Assembly (NCBI GenBank): GCA_013239625.1
Contig: MU053487.1
Span: 2,067,058 to 2,131,057, forward strand
DNA from: Lama guanicoe
Taxonomy: Eukaryota
Direction of reading: 5' to 3'
DNA: 64,000 bases
Both the position numbers and the translations under genes were made by a program. Below the pieces are notes generated by a model. The model searched no databases, had not been told where the DNA came from, and was given only the letters and a program-made list of their open reading frames with translations. Of the stretch, positions 62,667 through 64,000 are shown piece by piece. Numbering within the stretch: the first letter of the stretch is position 1; the number at the start of each line of letters is the position of its first letter.

Positions 62667-62835
62667 GACAACACCATGGCTGGAAGGAGCATAGAAAACA
62701 TGTGTCCTGATCTCTTCTTTCTGGTAGAACATCCACAGAAACTTTTGCGTACAGTTGTGTTGCATCGTATGCAAATTTAATTTGCATTTTAAAAAAAAAA
62801 GCAGTTTGCCTTTTTAAGTTGAACAGAAGGAGGCT

Positions 62836-63261
62836 ACAGTAGCTAGCCTCCAAGGTGGTCCCCCAGTGAGCCCTGCCGCCTGATATTCCTGCCTTTGTGC
62901 AGCCATTCCCACGTTGAGTCAGGGCTGGTCTTATGTCACCAACAGGATACAGCAGAGTGATAGTGCATGACATCCGTGCTGGGTCACAAAGCCCCTGAAG
63001 CCTCTGCCTTGATCCCTTGGAACACTCACCCTTAGGAGCCCTGAGCCACCATGTAAGTTTACCCACTGTGAGCCCACAGTGCTAGAGAGACCCAGCAAGA
63101 CCACATGTTACTGCAGCTGAGCGCAACCCAGACATCACAGAGCAGCAGTCATCCTGCTGAGCCCTGCCCCAAGGGAAAGATTTATGAGCACGATAAATAT
63201 GGGTTTTTTAAGTCATTAAGTTTGGGAGTGATCTGTTACACAAAAATAGGTAACTGGAACA
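62836..63261 (+). mobile_element. MaLR LTR (MLT1F/G-like)
   Basis: gcctccaaggtggtcccc...ttgagtcagggctgg...gagccaccatgtaag...ttttaagtcattaagtttggg...tgttacac...taactggaaca. Confidence 0.7.
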
Positions 63262-64000
63262 GGAACTCTGTAATTTGAGCCAATGTTAGAAAGGAGAAAA
63301 AATACTTTCTGCACAAGGTGAACCATAAGGTTTTGCACATATCAAGTACTGGCAGGCGGTTAACCCTCCAAATGCAAGATGTCTAGTGTTCCTTAAAGAT
63401 CTGGAGTCATCCAGATATCAGAGAGAAAGTAAGAGATTCCTCATAACCCAGATCGCCATGGATGCTTACACACACACACACACACACTCTCCCGTCAAGA
63501 GGAAGAGGCCAGCATCTGGTTATGTACTGAAAGTAGCCAGCTGGGTAGCACATAGTAGGAGCTTATTACAGGTTTGCTATTAAAAGGAGAAAAATAAAAT
63601 CAGTGGGAAGATCACACACACATAAATACCCCGGTGCCAAGTATTGCTAAAAGGAAAAAAAAAAAAAGGCACTACAGAAATCTGAAAGCTGGTCCAGATC
63701 ATTGGCTGCTCCAAGGACAAGGGAGCCAGGGAGGAAACTTACTGTCAGCCCCAGCCCAGAGCCAGGCCCGTGCAGCTGTGAAAAAAGCGTGATGTGCATA
63801 AACAGAAACTTGAGATATAAATAAGTTGATTTAGAACCTGCAGAACATTTATTAGCATCGGCTAGTACATTCCAAGGAACGCAGTTGGGAAAATTCGGTA
63901 GAGAATTCTTATATAATATTGGGTCCACCTAACAGCCCCAGTGCTCCCTAATAGTCCCTTTCTTCCTACAACTCACTGACATACTTGTGTAGTACTGAAA

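Larger units (their letters stand above)
61081..62690 (+). other. STAC: STAC 3' UTR (end uncertain)
   Basis: Non-repetitive sequence after the stop codon, GC-rich proximally and AT-richer distally, with AATAAA at 62324 and 62661. Confidence 0.65.

Noticed and set aside
1..64000. CRISPR array, operon, prokaryotic defence system or processed pseudogene
   Set aside because: No repeat-spacer periodicity, no long intronless ORFs and no retrocopy I can recognise. The window is explained by one spliced mammalian gene plus interspersed repeats.

Overview
Mammalian genomic DNA, most likely a camelid: it carries tRNA-Ala(AGC)-derived short SINEs of the Vic-1 type and many related L1 3' ends. The window holds the 3' part of the STAC gene (SH3 and cysteine-rich domain protein, STAC1) on the + strand. 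Nine coding exons, numbered 3-11 by my recall of the human orthologue, have canonical AG/GT boundaries and consistent phases. They encode the second half of the C1 domain, the linker and the tandem SH3 domains, ending at TGA 61078-61080, followed by a 3' UTR with two AATAAA signals. The first ~21 kb is a long upstream intron; the start codon lies outside the window. The rest is intronic sequence rich in L1, SINE, LTR (ERV1, ERVL, MaLR), hAT DNA-transposon, MIR and L2 remnants. No ORF in the supplied track is an independent gene. I found no clearly new biological system. The best leads are: (i) a frame-closed 378-nt block of exons 3-6 flanked by oppositely oriented L1s, a circRNA-type layout with a stop-free circular ORF; (ii) a multi-layer nested retroelement stack with visible TSDs; (iii) a closely spaced inverted SINE pair; (iv) an antisense solo LTR with intact promoter motifs; (v) splice-site and hairpin features near exons 6 and 10. 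Repeat family names come from recalled consensus sequences, and repeat boundaries are approximate unless a TSD is given.
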